In this document: in pieces, positions 33,495-47,281 of the stretch
How the letters are laid out: every line of letters starts with the position of its first letter
Position numbering within the stretch: the first letter of the stretch is position 1
Origin: Phoronis australis
Taxonomy: Eukaryota; Animalia; Phoronida
Direction: 5' to 3'
Assembly (NCBI GenBank): GCA_002633005.1
Contig: NMRA01000604.1
Span: forward strand, 3,876-51,780
Length of the DNA stretch: 47,905 nucleotides
Program-made: the position numbers and the translations under genes
Notes under the pieces: generated by a model
What the model was told of the DNA's origin: nothing
The model's database searches: none
Seen by the model: the letters and a program-made list of their open reading frames with translations, nothing else

Positions 33495-34569
33495 TAAACC
33501 TCAACATTCTGTGTCATCAAACAGTTGTAGTTTGCATTCAGGCGACAATGGCAGGGAAAAATTTTAAGCAAGAATTTCGACCCACAAAATCAATTTGTAA
33601 TAGTAGAAGGGAGCGATAAAGATGTTGTTTTAGGCGGACTGCATTCAAGCAACAATAAATGGGCAATAGACACTTACATGAGGAATTGTAGATCATTTGC
33701 TCCTTGATATGACAACTTTTCGGCTCTGAAAAACTGCATTGTTCTCTGTGAAAATCAACATCTATATTATTGAGTGGTTGAAACTGGTAACTTCTCAAAC
33801 TCAAGAACCACCAAAGGGACCATCATCATGAACAGTGCATCTACGAATAGCTTGAAATTTTCAGTTATTGATTTTGACAACCAGATTGAAAATTACTGAA
33901 TGGTTAGAAGGCAGGACCCGTATTGAATACAGGAAATTGATGCCCCGGGTAATGGGAACGTTTGGAAGGTGGGTGATAGGGTTGCTTGGCTGGCCTCGAG
34001 ATTATAATCCAGGGTACCGTATGTATACTGAATTTTAATTCAAGGCTGTGCCAGTGTTCTCATTACAATGGAAGGTATGCAAGGAGTCTTGCAATAGATT
34101 CCAGATTAGCAATCACTTTATATGTAATGGGATTATCTAAATCGATTGAAACTATGTTAGTGATTGAACACATCAGAAATTCTTGGTATTGGAGCCATGT
34201 TACTGAGCCAACTTAGAAGCAATTAAGTTGGTTGAGGAACTCAAGGCAGTTCCGTCATTAATTTAGGGATAGATTTTGCATTTCCTGATATTCATATTAT
34301 AAAAAATAATGCTTTCATATGTAAACAACTCAAAAGAACAACTTCGAAATCGAAACATCAGCCATGTTGCCTCTCTGAATGAGTTTGCTAGCTTTTTATG
34401 AAATCTATGAAACTTTATTAATGATGATTTATATGCTTATCTGCATAGATACTGCAAACACACAGTTTGCATCCAGGTACATTCCACTGATCAGCTGTTC
34501 TTTTCACAGAGCTTTTGTCTCCATGCTGTTGTTAATGCATGACAAACCATATGGTTTAAAAATACAGGG

Positions 34570-34745
34570 CAGTAGCGGATCTAGGATATCATGAGGGGGC
34601 GCAACATTTTTCTACCTTCGCACACACAAAAGTACTCACTCAGGATTAGCTGTAACATTTGTACAAACTTTATTTCTGTGTCAATTTTACTATTTATTTT
34701 CTTTGCTAAGAGGACAAGGGGTCACTCTCCCCAAATCCGCCACTA
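34570..34745. mobile_element. Non-autonomous DNA element with CAGT(A/G)GCGGAT TIRs and 5-bp TSD
   Basis: CAGGG|CAGTAGCGGAT...ATCCGCCACTA|CAGGG. Confidence 0.65.
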
Positions 34746-36908
34746 CAGGGGGAGATTTGCCTTGTTCCAGGGTCCTCGTGGTTTTGGCAAGCAGTTGTAT
34801 CACCTTGCTGTAACATCTATGCAGTTCAAACCATGAACTAGTAGCTTTTTGTCTTAGTTTTAATTCCAAGTCTACAAATGCAAGTTGGCCAAATTCTCAG
34901 CCATGGCTGTAAATAAATTTTTACTGTTGGCTGTGTTTTTATAAATGTTCCTGTCTATAATATTCATGTGATCTAAGCTTTGTAATCAATATGGATGCAG
35001 TTAATAATATTTTGATCCGGGTCAAATATATTGTCAATATTTGTATTAATGCACATATAATGTTGATCATGGCTTGAATAGTCTTGTTGCAACCTTTACT
35101 CTTATAATGGAACTGTGTAGTGCTCAAATCCAAGTGTCTTTTTTCAACAATGGCATGCAGTCGGGCGCAACATGCGCCCACGGGTGTATGATATTGTAGA
35201 GAATTGATGGTCCGCCCAGTTCGTGTCTAAAAAAATAAACTCAAGTTTCTATTGCTTGTCACTGAATAATTAGAAATCGTGTATTGCTTTAAGGTTGTAC
35301 GTATATATTTTCCTGTCCTGTCGGGAACTTGTGCACTTGATTTGATTAATCCAATTTAAATTTTCGAATTCTGTAATAGAACTAAGTTCTGCAGAATACA
35401 GAATTTCTTTTCTCCTATTTGATTAAAGACTTGTTTGTTGCTGGTGACTGAAATAGACAAATCTCTTCATCCTTGGTTTTGAGTGATTTCTATGGTGTAT
35501 AAGGTCAATGTCTGACCTTAGTATTTGTTGCCTTGGCTGTTTTTTAGCATTTCAGTAACAGGTGTTTTCATAATGGGAATTTTATTGGTATCCACAGAGC
35601 AAAAGTCTGGTTAACAGGGTTGTTGAACGTACTGTTTTGATTGCTCACAGATTGGCTTTTGGAATTCTTTGGAGACAGAACATGAAGCCATGACACAGGC
35701 TGCCTGTAAAAAAACGTTAACTTATAATAAAGGCACTTATGAAATTGGTTTCAACTTCTTCCTCATTCGTGGTCTTGAAAGGAAATGAATGATTATTTTT
35801 GCTTGAGACGAGGCTCTATGAGTTTACTGGCCACGGTTGGTTAATTTAGACCGCAAGTTGAGACCTGAGGCCTGTCGAATGAACCACGTGCCCACCTAAA
35901 GTGAGAGTTCGCTATTGAATGACAGCCCGCGCTTGCTTCAGATTACAAAGGCAGGCCCCTATATTCGATATACAGCAAGCTTGTACAATTTAATTAAAAT
36001 ATTTATTGATGTAGTACCAAAATTTACGACTACAATCTTGTTGTTCACATTGTGATGTACTTCCAACACCTACCACTGGGAAATGTTTTCATTGTTTAAA
36101 GTAATTGCCTTGAAACTAAGTCACGTTGGACGACATCTTGGATTTCTGGGTAAACTAGCTATCGAGAGTGATCGCGTGGGCTCGCCTACACTCACAAGCG
36201 GTTGCTTCCTACAAGTTGTTTGGGCGTCCATGACCGGGCGCCTCATTGAGTTTTATTGCAGTTAGTGTTCTAAATGAAAGGTTAAATTATTTCTCTGATG
36301 AAAATATTCTACCAGTATGTAGCAGCTTGTCAAACGGGGAAAGGGGATGTTTTGGAGAATGCTTGTGGTGGTGGGTATGGGAAAAAGTGTGGTGACCAGG
36401 AAGATGAATTAAAAACCTGTGGTAAACGGGGTACTGTAGGTTGAACTGCGGCCACCAGGCTCCTCCACTTCCTGTTGTTAGGGAGTCTTGAGTAACCTTT
36501 GTATGAAACTGATTTTGATGGAGCTTGGCAATTAAGATTTTTGAATTTTCAGTTCTAATCTGTGAGCACTCTTCTTTTCAGTCGCTGACTGCTGGAAAGG
36601 TATCAGTTTTGTGAAAAGCATAGTACTGGGAAAACAATGTTTTCACTAATATCATAAGATAAAGTTTTTCTTGGAACTCAAAAACCAATTCAGATGAAAC
36701 TGAACAATGAGTTATACTTTTGAAATGTTTGTTAGAATTTAAACTTTTAAATACTCGGCTTTATGAACTGTTTTCCAAAATGTTTTTTTGGAGTTGCTTT
36801 TAAAATATTTCATTTTTGCATGTGAGCCTATCAAAAATAGAACTTTTGTAACGAATAAAGGAAAGTTGCATGAAACAAAAACAACATTTTTGAGATTTCA
36901 TGTTGAAC

Positions 36909-36956
36909 ATTTGATGAAATTTGATGAAATTTGATGAAATTTGATGAAATTTGATG
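36909..36956. repeat. 10-bp tandem repeat (ATTTGATGAA)x~4.8
   Basis: Read directly from the sequence. Confidence 0.95.
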
Positions 36957-37875
36957 GTGTTGCTGATACCGTTGTATTATTATTTTGATAAATTTTACTA
37001 AAAGGGCGTGGTCACGTGACGATGGCAGATTGGTAGAATGCCAAAAATCACATTAGACACTCTTTCTGCTTTCAAAAAATACATTTGTTTACTGAGTGTC
37101 TTTTATAGTTTTGTGTCGATACTGGGCTAAATAATCAGACATGTGGATAAGATTTAACATGGTCTATACCAACAGTACTTATCTGTCACGACCTGTCACT
37201 CAGACAAGACTGCACATGTGGTGGCTAATGGATTATATATCAATTGACGTTAATGAAGCCGCTTAAATAGAAATCTTATTTTTGGACACATCATCAATAG
37301 AAAACAAATTAAGGAAATCGTCAGACTTTGTGTAGATCTATTGTGTTTCGTTAACTTTTCTAATGATCTACAATTAACCCATTATGTATTCTCTGAAATT
37401 CTAATGGGTAAAAAATCGGAATCCATGTCGTTAAATGTTAAATTCTCTTTCCTAATTGCGAATCATGTGACCCCATTTTTTGCTTTGAAAACGGATTTTT
37501 AAAAAAACCTGAAGTGCTGATGACTTCTTCCTTAAAGGATCTTTTTTAAATCTATACATAGGAAGTTACGCTGAACAACAATACAGATCCGACAACCAAT
37601 TGCCACTTCTGTTCTTTTTTGAGACATGTTTAACTTTAGAATTGTTAAGTACGGTAAATAGTGAATAGCAGAAAAAACAACAACCTCCGAGAGTTAGCGA
37701 AATGGCGGGAAGAACTCCGCACTCACGTTAAGTTGAGAGATTATTTAGGACGGTCAAGCAAAATAGTCCAGACCAAATCTTTCGCATTGAGCTTACATTA
37801 TCGGACCAACTTTGGTCCGCTTGCTAGTCCGGTCTTTTCAAGCATACAGTTGAGCACCATACTCAATTTTGACCC

Positions 37876-37975
37876 GGTCTAAATCACCTTTCAGGTTGGG
37901 TCTAAATCACCTTTCAGGTTGGGTCTAAATCACCTTTCAGGTTGGGTCTAAATCACCTTTCAGGTTGGGTCTAAA
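37876..37975. repeat. Perfect 23-bp minisatellite (GGTCTAAATCACCTTTCAGGTTG)x4.3
   Basis: Identical adjacent units with no spacers. Confidence 0.95.
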
Positions 37976-38741
37976 ATGCTTGTGGTTGAAAAAGAATGTT
38001 AGTCCACCATGCTAAATCCGAAATGCGAAAATCCTTTAGCACCTTTGATTGTTTAGTGAAAGGGGATGTTAAGGCTTGACCTGTCAGCAACTGTGATTTG
38101 TCAATGAACAAATACGACTACATAATTAGGCCCATAGTCAGACATTGATTGAAAACTAATTTCGCCTTTATGAGTAATTCATTACTGGTTGGTTTGTTAT
38201 AATGTAAAGTAATATTCATGCATTTTGTTTCTAGCTATGAAGCAATTTCCAGTTCTCCAAATTCAGCTCTCCTGTTTTGCAGATGGAGAGAGGTTATTGT
38301 ACATATCATTGACTTACTAGGGGAGCATCTAATATTTCTTTGTTGAGTCAGGACAAGTGATGAACGATTTATTGTGCCCCGCTCATCTTTTCAAATCATT
38401 TTCGTCAACATTTCGACTCAATGTGCATTACGGTGAGTGACGTATTTAGGGAGGGGAGTCCAAGGGGGTCATGCCCCCCCTAAAATTCTCCCAGATTCCA
38501 TTTGGCAAAATCCTGGCTTATACTCTGCCCTGACCACCCCAACTCAAAATCCTGGATCCACCCCTGAAAACTTGCTTATTTGGAACAAAAAGAACTGCTT
38601 AGTTTTTATTTCATTCTCCAAATTCTTCTAACATCGTTTCTCAAAATATTGTTTGATGGTAGCAATTATGTAAAACGTACACATGGTATAAGCATGAGTT
38701 TGGTGCAATTTGTCTTGTGTGAAGAAAATAAAATTTCACTT

Positions 38742-39026
38742 GTCTGCCATACTGTGTCCGTCATACTGTGCCCGCAGTATTGTGCCAGCCATAGTGTGCC
38801 CGCCATGCTATGGCCGCCATTCTGTGCCCGCCATACTTTGTCCACCGTAGTGTGTCAGCCATACTGTGTATGCTATACTGTGTCCGCCATACGTTGCCCA
38901 CCCTAGTGTGTCCGCCATACTGTGTCTGCCATACTTTGTCCACCGTAGTGTGTTCACCAGACTGTGCCTGCCATACTGTGCCCGCCATACCGTACCCGCT
39001 ATACTGTGTCTGCCATACTGTGCCCT
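38742..39026. repeat. Degenerate 14-bp minisatellite (CATACTGTGTCCGC)x~20
   Basis: Periodic CCATACTGTG motif; explains the Cys/Pro-rich spurious ORFs here. Confidence 0.9.
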
Positions 39027-39193
39027 GTTTTGGTGTGATTCTATTATACTATTGGTACATTAGATTGCTACATGGTGAACCAGTGGAACATAGTAATTAT
39101 ACTTATACCACAATATTAGCGTCAAATGGCAGAAAAAACCGTGTAGTAACCCATAAAGTTATCTTACTAGTGAGATAACGATTTGGCGGGAAA

Positions 39194-39262
39194 CCGAGGA
39201 CGGGGTTGAACCCGGGACCCTAATATTGCTAGTCGCCGACTTTAACCACTACACCACGCAGC
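39194..39262 (-). mobile_element. tRNA-derived SINE-like head (second family)
   Basis: Reverse complement has A-box TGGTGTAGTGG and B-box GGTTCAACCCC; the acceptor stem does not pair. Confidence 0.6.
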
Positions 39263-39576
39263 GACTGACGTCATCAAGAGTGAAAATATAATACTTAAAT
39301 GAGCACGCGCAATAATCGCACGTTCAACAAACCACATTGTACTGTACTTATACGCTACGAAAAATAAGACACATAATTTCCATAAAAATGATATCTTAAT
39401 TCAGTGAAATTTTTCTCTCATGTCCTCTTACTTGTAAATCACCGATCTCCAGTTTGAATGCGGGTATCGTGTTGTCAGGATCTTTGACTTGAGAATTATA
39501 TTCAGTTACCAGTGGTAACCTACTTTAGCACATGGTAATTTCCCGGTCGAAGCTTAGCGTGTAAAAAACGTGTTTT

Positions 39577-40278
39577 NNNNNNNNNNNNNNNNNNNNNNNN
39601 NNNNNNNNNNNNNNNNNNNNNNNNNNNNNNNNNNNNNNNNNNNNNNNNNNNNNNNNNNNNNNNNNNNNNNNNNNNNNNNNNNNNNNNNNNNNNNNNNNNN
39701 NNNNNNNNNNNNNNNNNNNNNNNNNNNNNNNNNNNNNNNNNNNNNNNNNNNNNNNNNNNNNNNNNNNNNNNNNNNNNNNNNNNNNNNNNNNNNNNNNNNN
39801 NNNNNNNNNNNNNNNNNNNNNNNNNNNNNNNNNNNNNNNNNNNNNNNNNNNNNNNNNNNNNNNNNNNNNNNNNNNNNNNNNNNNNNNNNNNNNNNNNNNN
39901 NNNNNNNNNNNNNNNNNNNNNNNNNNNNNNNNNNNNNNNNNNNNNNNNNNNNNNNNNNNNNNNNNNNNNNNNNNNNNNNNNNNNNNNNNNNNNNNNNNNN
40001 NNNNNNNNNNNNNNNNNNNNNNNNNNNNNNNNNNNNNNNNNNNNNNNNNNNNNNNNNNNNNNNNNNNNNNNNNNNNNNNNNNNNNNNNNNNNNNNNNNNN
40101 NNNNNNNNNNNNNNNNNNNNNNNNNNNNNNNNNNNNNNNNNNNNNNNNNNNNNNNNNNNNNNNNNNNNNNNNNNNNNNNNNNNNNNNNNNNNNNNNNNNN
40201 NNNNNNNNNNNNNNNNNNNNNNNNNNNNNNNNNNNNNNNNNNNNNNNNNNNNNNNNNNNNNNNNNNNNNNNNNNNNNN
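39577..40278. other. Assembly gap (N run)
   Basis: 702 N. Confidence 1.
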
Positions 40279-40354
40279 CACAGACACACAGACACACACA
40301 CACACACACAGACAGACAGACAGACAGACACACACACACACATACACACACACA
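40279..40354. repeat. (CA)n/(CAGA)n microsatellite
   Basis: Read directly from the sequence; abuts the gap. Confidence 0.95.
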
Positions 40355-43300
40355 GAGCATATTTTCCAAACTTGCCATGAGCATTGTAGGCGTATTAAAT
40401 TTCATTGTACCAAGTCTTATCGTGTTGAAAGCAATTAATTTGGACGTTTACAAATCAGAAAATGTATGACATTTCGGGGAAACAACAAATTTTGCCATTC
40501 TTTGGCTTAGCGGTTAATGGAGAAAATCTGACAAAATGTCAGCTAAGAAATGAGGACTTTAGTCTTCAACCCACAACTCGGTCATACAGTGCTATAAGAA
40601 AAAAATAATTAGACAAAATGTTGCAGAATTCCTTGTTGAATTGACTCAGCGACCAGGAGAATCGTTGACTGGTTGTACTGTCTTTGGATAGCATCTGCGT
40701 ATTCTGGGCCACTTTGTGTCCATCTGTATTTAACTATGCACCCACATATATCCTGTTGCGTCTGTGGCGTCTACATCTTTCTTGGCCAAACCACTATATC
40801 AAAAGCCTTGATGGATGTGACATGAAATTTGGCTCATAAATTACTACCCCGTAGACTTTTCAGACAGATTTAACCAGTGTTGCTCTCCCTAGTGTCGTTT
40901 TCATGTAAGTTCTTTGTTGCCTACCTCCCCATCCTCCGAAACCGCTATGTGAAAAATCGTGATGATAGGTGGCAGGTGTGTTTTTATTGAGAAGATTGCT
41001 GTCTTGCTTTGCTCTCCCTAAAGGCTATTTTAAGTTTACCAGCATTTCTCCATTTAGCGAGAATGTTTAAAATGATAGTCTCCCCCTTGTATCTGTTCTG
41101 TATGCAATGCACCCGGTGGGCAGATATCAATGCTCCACATTTCTCTTTAGTCTGCTTCTGTATGCTAAACTGCTCTAGGGATTATTATGAAACTACAGAC
41201 TTACTTTTATTGAGTTCGGAACAACTCCCCCAGTATTGATTTTCGGGCCGGTCCAACTGGCGAGGCACCGCGTAGTGGCTGTTTTTTATCTCTACTTCAA
41301 TGTCTACCCTGAGTTCATAGACAAGTCTTCATGCACGTTCTTACTGGGGAGATCAGGGCTGGTGTTGGTTATCTGATGCGTCTAACTATTGTGGCTTTTC
41401 CTAGTGGCAATTTTGTGTTATTTGCCTTTGTCTGAATATTTACAAAGTTCTGTGATGGATCTTCATGAAATTTGGTTTATATTCCTTATAGCACTGCTGA
41501 TATTGATTTTGGGTTGAGAATGAATACTGTGCCATACCCCTGTGGCAACTTAGGTTTTTTGCATATGCTCCATTATGTAAGCGAAGTTCCTTGAGAGATC
41601 TAGTTTCCACGAAATAGACAAAGGCACTTGCCCTGTTTCTGATGGATTCCGACTTCTTTGCTCTCTATTGTGGGCATTTTTTGTCATTTTTATAAAAGTT
41701 GACAAATGTGCTCCTATTGAAGAAAGCATGGGTATTATAAATTTGTGGACCAACCTACTGTGGCGCCCCCTACAGGCAATGTTATGTTTTCTTTGCTTCT
41801 GCCTCTGTATCTCTATGGTGGATGTTTATGAAACTTGGCATACTGGTATGTGTTCCTGTTGTAGAAAGAACGGTTGCTGCAGATTTTCACAACAGAAAAT
41901 CCAAAAGTGTTGGAAGGCCACTCATACGTTATGGGGTTTATTCAATTATGTCATAAGTGCTGGCAAACTGTTTTTGGTGATACGTTGAAACAGATAGTAG
42001 AGAACTGTGGGCGATCATCATAAAAATTATGTTATTATGTTATTTCATAAAAAATGTAGTCACCTGTTCACAATCACCTGAGTATCGTGATCAAGGATTC
42101 TAGAAATATGTACTGTCATGGATTCACAGATATAACTGAAAATGTTATTTTAGGGTGTGTGTACCATTAGCGAGAATTCTGAGCATTCAGTCAAATGTTT
42201 ACTAATTGTAGAATTTCACTGGTTAAAAAGTGTTTTTTTATTTTTGAAAGCAGAATCCCCATAGAATTTGATTTTTTAGTTTATACCAATATGCCATTGC
42301 TAAGTAATTAGTTCAGATTACCGTGTCTCTTTATGTAAGTTCAGCAAAACAGAAATAGTACATTTTTAGCGTAACATTATCAAATTTTTTTTGATACCAA
42401 TGTTCGTAATGAAATTGCAAAAAAACTTTTTATTTTTATTGTGGTTTCGATTGTTTTGTTTCTTTTTATGTATCATTTAAATCTGCATATAAATCCAAGC
42501 CTTTAACATTTTTGAAAGCTATTCCTAACTGAATGTTGAAAAACATTGCATAAAGCATGGAATTTGAAAGTTTCATACAATTTTCTGAAGTACCATAACC
42601 AAATTGACCTTTTCACCCCTCAAATTTGATTCTTTCCCTTCCTCTTAATGTATATCTTGCAATTAATTCAAAAACTTAACGCATTTCACACTGCAAGTTG
42701 ACGTCCTTTTGTCTAATGTCTGGTATGCAGTCCATTGTGTTTCGATTTGCTGGCTGACTTCCGTAGGTTGTTTGAAAATACCTATCTATATTTAATTATT
42801 GTCAACCTGACGCTGTAGCCATTGCACATTGTTCAGGCCAAGTTTTCATTGTGGTGATCTCAGACCTGGGATGAACGTTTGCTGGCAGCTGCCACTAAGG
42901 CACAATTCTGGGTCTCTAATGTATTGTGAGATTCAGTCCACATGTGCAGTTCATTTTGATCCAACGCATTACAGATGACAAACACAGGTTTTCAGTGGCC
43001 TGATATCAATCTCTCTTGTTCATCGCCAGGTTCAGTCTTTTGTCCGTTGTCATGACACAAACGACAATGTTATCTATCACAGTGAATGAATACATTAATG
43101 TTAACATGCATCAACTCAAAACTGTTGTATATAGACAGAAGAAAGAAAGAGAAAATAAATTTATTACAGTGACCAGTGTTACTTGAACACTCAGCCCACT
43201 GAGCTTATTAGACATTTTAAGCAAAGTACAAGAACTATAATACACATACAACTTGATATGAAGCTCAAACTATTTAAGAAATTAAGAGAACAGAAAATTT

Positions 43301-46300
43301 CGTTGTCCATTCAAAGTACCTTCTGTATATATCACCAGATCATTACTAAAATTAATTACATAAAATGGCAAGTTTGTCTTCAGAACTTAACAGGTTGAAA
43401 TCCGGCAAAATAAATGTGATTTTATCAAAATAAATGTGATTTTATCAAACAACAAATTTCTTAAATCTTTGTGAAAAGGACAGTTTCAAAGAAAACAAAT
43501 TTCGTCATAAACAGCATGCAAATTACAAAACACATTAAAACCCATTGCTGTATTTTGGCTGATTGTTTTCATATTCTGCAAAAGAATGATTCAACAGTAC
43601 ACTAACTTTTCTGGAAGAATTCAATTTCAGAAGCCAAACACGTTAAGAATTATTAGTTTGTGCTCTTCACATACCAGTTCATTGCTAGTATAATAATTGA
43701 CCTGTAAAACACAGCAGGAGCTTAGATCAACTTTCGCAATGTCAAGGGCAGACGGGACACCACTGGTTTTCCCCAGTTGATGTTGAGAAGCATTTTCAAC
43801 TACAAGATAAGTCTAAACGGCTGTTTCCTAATGCTGTTTGGCACTATTTTATTCAGTCCTAGCTGAATCTCATAGTTTATAGTTCTTGTGAATTAAAAAA
43901 TGAACTACCTATTTCCGAATGGGAAAATTTGGCGGGAAAAATTGTCTAGACTTCCCAAACAGGCAACTATTTATGAGTTATGTTTATCTATGCAATGTAG
44001 TTAGTATCCATTATACTCTTGAGTTAGTGTCATTCTTTATAAATGAGACACTGATTTGCAGAGATAATTTTATGAGTGCGCACCCCATCATTGGGGCGAA
44101 CATGATATCATTGAAGCCGTGTGATTGCTCAACTCGGGCCAATGAGCTCATTAGAACTGGAAGTGAAAAAGGACAAAAAACTAATGCGGCCTGTAGGTCC
44201 TCTGAATCGACCAGTAGAGTTGAGGCTGTGTAGGTCAACTCACACATATTAACGTTTTTCTAAAATGACCCCTGAATTTGATGGCTGGGACTGAATTGTT
44301 AGGACTCTTATGAACCAGTGACTTGTTTCGCTTCTCAGTTAATTAGCTACCAGTAATTGCACTGAGACTCAATGAGCTTTTATACAGTCCTCATTATCAG
44401 CCTCATAAGAGATTTTCCAAAAGTACGTAAGAATTGAACGAAGTGACGTACATTTGTGGGGGTTGGCATGGCAACCGTAATTACTTTACCAAGATGAAAT
44501 ATACCTTGTGATTATGTGTTCATATTTAAGATTTAGCGTCGGAAAAATGGCAAGTATTATTGAACTTTTTCTATTTTGGATGAAATTTCTGCTCCTTGGT
44601 GGTGTTCTAAAACTACTGTATGTAGAGATGTTGAGAAACCGGACACACCTTGATTGAATACCAAGTCTTAATGAGTACCTATTACAATTTAAAATAATTA
44701 AGATAATTTAATTATCAATGAACAAATGCTACTCACCAAGCAATAGTCATATACCTGTTTGTAAGCATTCTTTGAAAATATTTTAGATTTTGTTTGCAAA
44801 TGTTAATATTTTTTTAGTATTTGTTGAGGTCACTGGTCGCTGATTTCTGAGCTGACAAAAAGTGAATTAACTTACAAAGTGTTTCAGTAGCCAGGTATCT
44901 GGTCTTCCTTCCTCAAAAGCTTCGTATTTCTTAAAACTTTCGTCTGCACCATTTACTTGTAAGTGCTTCCCATTTAAAAAGGTGCTTTCCCATTTTGTCC
45001 CAATCAGAAATGTAATATTGCAATATTGAGAAATATTAACATTTTGTCTTTAAATTCGACATGTAATCGATCATTATCCTCTCCTTAATAAATTTCACTC
45101 TCTAAATTTCTTTTAGTCTCCCGTTAATTAGGCATTGAAATTTTTTTACGTTAGCTTAAGCACAAGCAATGCTTAATATCTCGCAAGTCATACGTGATAT
45201 TGCGCATGACTGCTTGTCATGATATTATGCACGGATTCGTAATATTACACTCTGACGTGTAACCTTACACATTTTTTGCGTAATCTTATGCACTGATGTG
45301 TAAGGCGAAATTGAAATATTCTGTTATGATGAATTGGGATTTCTGAAGTGCGGTATTTATTCGAATTTTGTTGTTATACTTTAATGGTTGACGGTATGCT
45401 GCTTGTAGTTTATAAGACGATTTGTTGGGTGCTTTTTGATTCCGTTATGGTTTGTTGGTTTTGTTTTGTTTTGGTTTAACACGCACTAACTACGTAAGAC
45501 AACACGGGTCACAATAATTTGGCTTGAATATACGTTATGGTGGCGCCAGCTGCTGCTTCATTATGGGACAAAACTTTGGCAATGCTCAAATGATTCAACT
45601 GCATGTGTCCTCAAAAGTCGTGCTTTTGAAAGCTAGCTTCAGTAAACAAGCTATTGTCTCACTCTTGATCCTTCCATTGAGCTTTTATACATGATATTAC
45701 GGTCGCATGAAATTACGGTCGCTTGATGTTAACCACAGGCGCTTCCACATGTTTTTCAAAAATTTTCAAATTTTGCATTTTTTTGAAATTGAAAGTCAAA
45801 TAACTTAAAACCAGTAAATCAGAGAAAGAAATTGTTACAGTTCATTTGAAAGAGTATACCATAGAAAATCCACATGCAAAATTTCACGCCATTTCCTCTT
45901 CCCAGCCCAATTGAAAGTTGGTGAAAATGCGTCAGGTCCGCCATTTTGAAAACAACTTCTTGTTCAGCAAAACTCGACAATAGCTAACCACAGGAAACTA
46001 ACACATAAAAAATTGGAAGCACTTGGGTATAAAATTCCCCCCTACAAGACAAAACGTTTTTGACCTGAAATGAGGTGCGCATGCCCAATGGTCGATATTT
46101 CTGCCATCTTTCACTAGCACATTTGTAGTATTTTGGCAATTATATTTTTGTTTGAAATTGGTGATTTGTGAGGGAAAGTCTTTGAAAGAAACAGCCAATG
46201 AAGAGTGAAAAAATATTCGAAAGGCGAGTGAATATTCTCTGATACGCGTAAATATAAAAGCACTACCTAGTTTATCCCCTTCACGCATGAGAGTGGTCTG

Positions 46301-46899
46301 TTAGTTTGCATCATGTTCTAATCCTGTCTTGTAATGACGTATTGCCAGCTTTTAATTTACATAATTTTAATCGCCATGTATCCTGTACACTGAATTTATA
46401 TGCATGAAATATCAGTGCGAATGTATGGACTAGTTCAACTGACCATGAACAACTGAATGTTATTACCACTAATGGACCTACCCTAGCAGGAAATAATTGC
46501 TAAGATGAATTATGTTAACTATGATTTGGCACCAAATACCATAACTGGAAAGAGGGCACTCTAATGCTTATTGCTATAGTCTTGTCCATAAGTCAAGTTT
46601 ATGCACACAAGTCAATCGGAGGGGCCATTTACTTTAACTAGGTTGGCATGAACTTTGTGAAAGAGGGATAGTATCAGTCTCGGATTATTAAAAGCGCTTT
46701 GTTCCGGGTTCTGCCTATGATGGTGAATTTGGAGTCATCGTTCCTATCAACTAAAGGGCAATTTCTATTATTTATCAAAGTTGCAGAAAGTGTTGTACAA
46801 TTGCAGCTGGTTATGCAATGCAATGCAAATTATCCAATTAATGATAATGTTCTTAAAGGTATACCATTAAAATTAGAGACAAGAAATAGTAGGATTTGG

Positions 46900-47129
46900 G
46901 AAGATGTGTGCTTGAAATGTAAACCAGCATGGCAGCTAATTTAAAACTAGGCATTCCATAAACAGACTTTTGAAGTGTTCTGTGACATCATTTCCAGACA
47001 AGGAAGTCAAGTAGAGGATGTGTGCTAAATGTGAAAATGTGCTTGTAAAGCAGCGTCGCAGCTATTTAAATACAGCGCATGTCATAAATAGACACTCGTG
47101 AAGTGTTTCTGACATCATTCCCAGACAAT
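46900..47129. repeat. Degenerate two-copy ~125-bp tandem duplication
   Basis: GATGTGTGCT...GCAGCTA.TTAAA...CATAAA.AGAC...GAAGTGTT..TGACATCATT.CCAGACAA occurs twice. Confidence 0.65.
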
Positions 47130-47132
47130 CAA

Positions 47133-47281
47133 TGTGTGTGTATGCGTGTGTGTGTGTGTGTGTGTGTGTGCACGCGCGCACGTGCGTGCATGCGTGCGTG
47201 TGTGTGTGTGTGCATGTGCACACATGTGTGCGTTCATATATGCGTGCGTGCGTGGGTGTGGGTGTGTGTGTTTGTGGGTGT
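47133..47281. repeat. (TG)n/(TGCG)n compound microsatellite
   Basis: Read directly from the sequence. Confidence 0.95.

Noticed and set aside
36553-36599. Alternative Ric-8 exon 2 candidate (AG..47 nt..GT)
   Set aside because: Not a multiple of 3, immediate TAA, and no F-x-F motif.
37876-37975. CRISPR-like 23-bp repeats
   Set aside because: Units are adjacent with no spacers, the context is eukaryotic, and there are no cas genes.
38238-38240. Selenocysteine read-through of the TGA
   Set aside because: No SECIS evidence, Ric-8 is not a known selenoprotein, and the donor is also defective.
39520-40469. Long ORFs of 274-299 aa
   Set aside because: Artefacts of the N gap and the adjacent CA repeat.
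40680-41900. Helentron/HINE-like repeat remnants (ATGAAATTTGG motifs)
   Set aside because: Probably repeat-derived, but boundaries and family cannot be supported by eye.
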